From NCBI RefSeq assembly GCF_009914755.1, contig NC_060947.1: a DNA stretch of 64,000 bases; one strand, written 5' to 3'. Positions within the stretch are counted from its first letter, which is position 1. Each line of letters starts with the position of its first letter. Positions 59,650 to 64,000 of this stretch are shown here, one piece after another. This DNA comes from the human T2T-CHM13v2.0 reference genome, Homo sapiens. The translations under genes and the position numbers were made by a program. The notes under the pieces are model-generated. The model was not told the origin of the DNA. It was given only the letters and a program-made list of their open reading frames with translations, and ran no database searches.

Positions 59650-60176
59650 TTAAACTCAACCTGGGGCCAATTTTAGAGGGATGGGCATTAGCCAGTGCAT
59701 TTAGTAATAAAAGCAGCTAACATTTATTGAGCCTTTACCATGTGCCAGGCATTGTGCTAGGAGCTTTACCCAGATTATCTCATTACTTCTCAAAACAACC
59801 ATATGAGGTAGGTATCATTATCATCCCCATTCTACATGTGAGAAAACTTAGGCTGAGAGGCTGAGCAGCTTGCCCAAGGATATACAGTTGAGAAAATGGA
59901 CTCTATCTGGAGCCCACTCTAGGTTGCTTTCACTGGCGGCTCACTTTGGGTCTAGTGCAGGGAGCTTATTTGGAGAATTTTCACCTGGGGATGTTACGTT
60001 GGGGATCCAGTGTGAAAATAAAATTGCAGAACTGAGTCCTGGAAGCTCAATGTGGACATGGGACTAGGCACTTAGCCTGTGTGGCTTAATTTGGGGGACA
60101 GTCTAATAATCTAGGGCATTAGTCCTGGAGCTCATCATGGGACTCTCCATCTGGTAAATGAAAAATAGGGGTCGTT

Positions 60177-63470
<3,294 letters not shown>

Positions 63471-64000
63471 AATCTGGGGAAGAGAAAGTGGGGTAGGCGG
63501 GGGGAGCTCTATCTGGGGTGTGGGGTTCAGGTTGATACTGGAGGAATCGGGATAGAAGACTTTTCTAGTGGTTCAATGTGTAAGGATTCAGTCTGGGGAG
63601 GAGGTATCTCAGCCTAGAGATCCAAATTTGAGAGGTGGAAAATTTGGGGTCCAGTCTAGGGTGCTCAATTTGGAGGTTCTTTTGGGAGGTTCATTCTGGG
63701 TAGTGGCTGGCGGACATGGAGGAAAGCTCTAAATCTGGAGGATGGAAAATTGATGAGCCAGGGCTCTTTCTGGGGAGCTCAGCTGTGGAGATTCTGTGAT
63801 GTGGGCTTGGCCTGAGGGGTCAGTCTGGCCTCTCAGCTTGGTGGCTCAGTCCCTGAGGTTTCAGGCTCAGTTTCCTTTCTCATTTGGTACAACTTCATTT
63901 GGGGGTGAGTCTAGGGGTCAGCCTTGGGGTCTCGATCTAGGAAATGGATGAGTTCCTTTAGGGGATCATAATGGGCATGCCACTCAAACTCTGGGGTTCC

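Overview
Primate, almost certainly human, genomic DNA from the Xp11.22 TSR2-FGD1 locus. About 39 kb of Alu-, L1-, L2-, MaLR- and DNA-transposon-rich intergenic sequence is followed by the complete 5-exon TSR2 gene on the + strand (CpG-island promoter; spliced CDS 576 nt = 191 aa). TSR2 is convergent with the last ten coding exons (9-18) of FGD1 on the - strand (end of DH domain, PH1, FYVE, PH2). Exon boundaries were read by hand, and all splice phases close correctly. Nearly all ORFs in the supplied track are Alu or simple-repeat artefacts. I see no evidence of a new gene or multi-gene system. The best leads are at the RNA-processing and genome-evolution level: (1) a TSR2 exon 3/4 junction that regenerates a 5' splice site; (2) a stop-free, in-frame TSR2 intron 4; (3) back-to-back poly(A) signals for the two genes; (4) a 19-bp duplication creating two strong cryptic donors in FGD1 intron 17; (5) an old, degenerate 13-14-nt tandem array on both sides of the locus; (6) three tiny polyadenylated retro-insertions with target-site duplications (TSDs). 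Repeat family names and most repeat boundaries come from visual recognition and are approximate.
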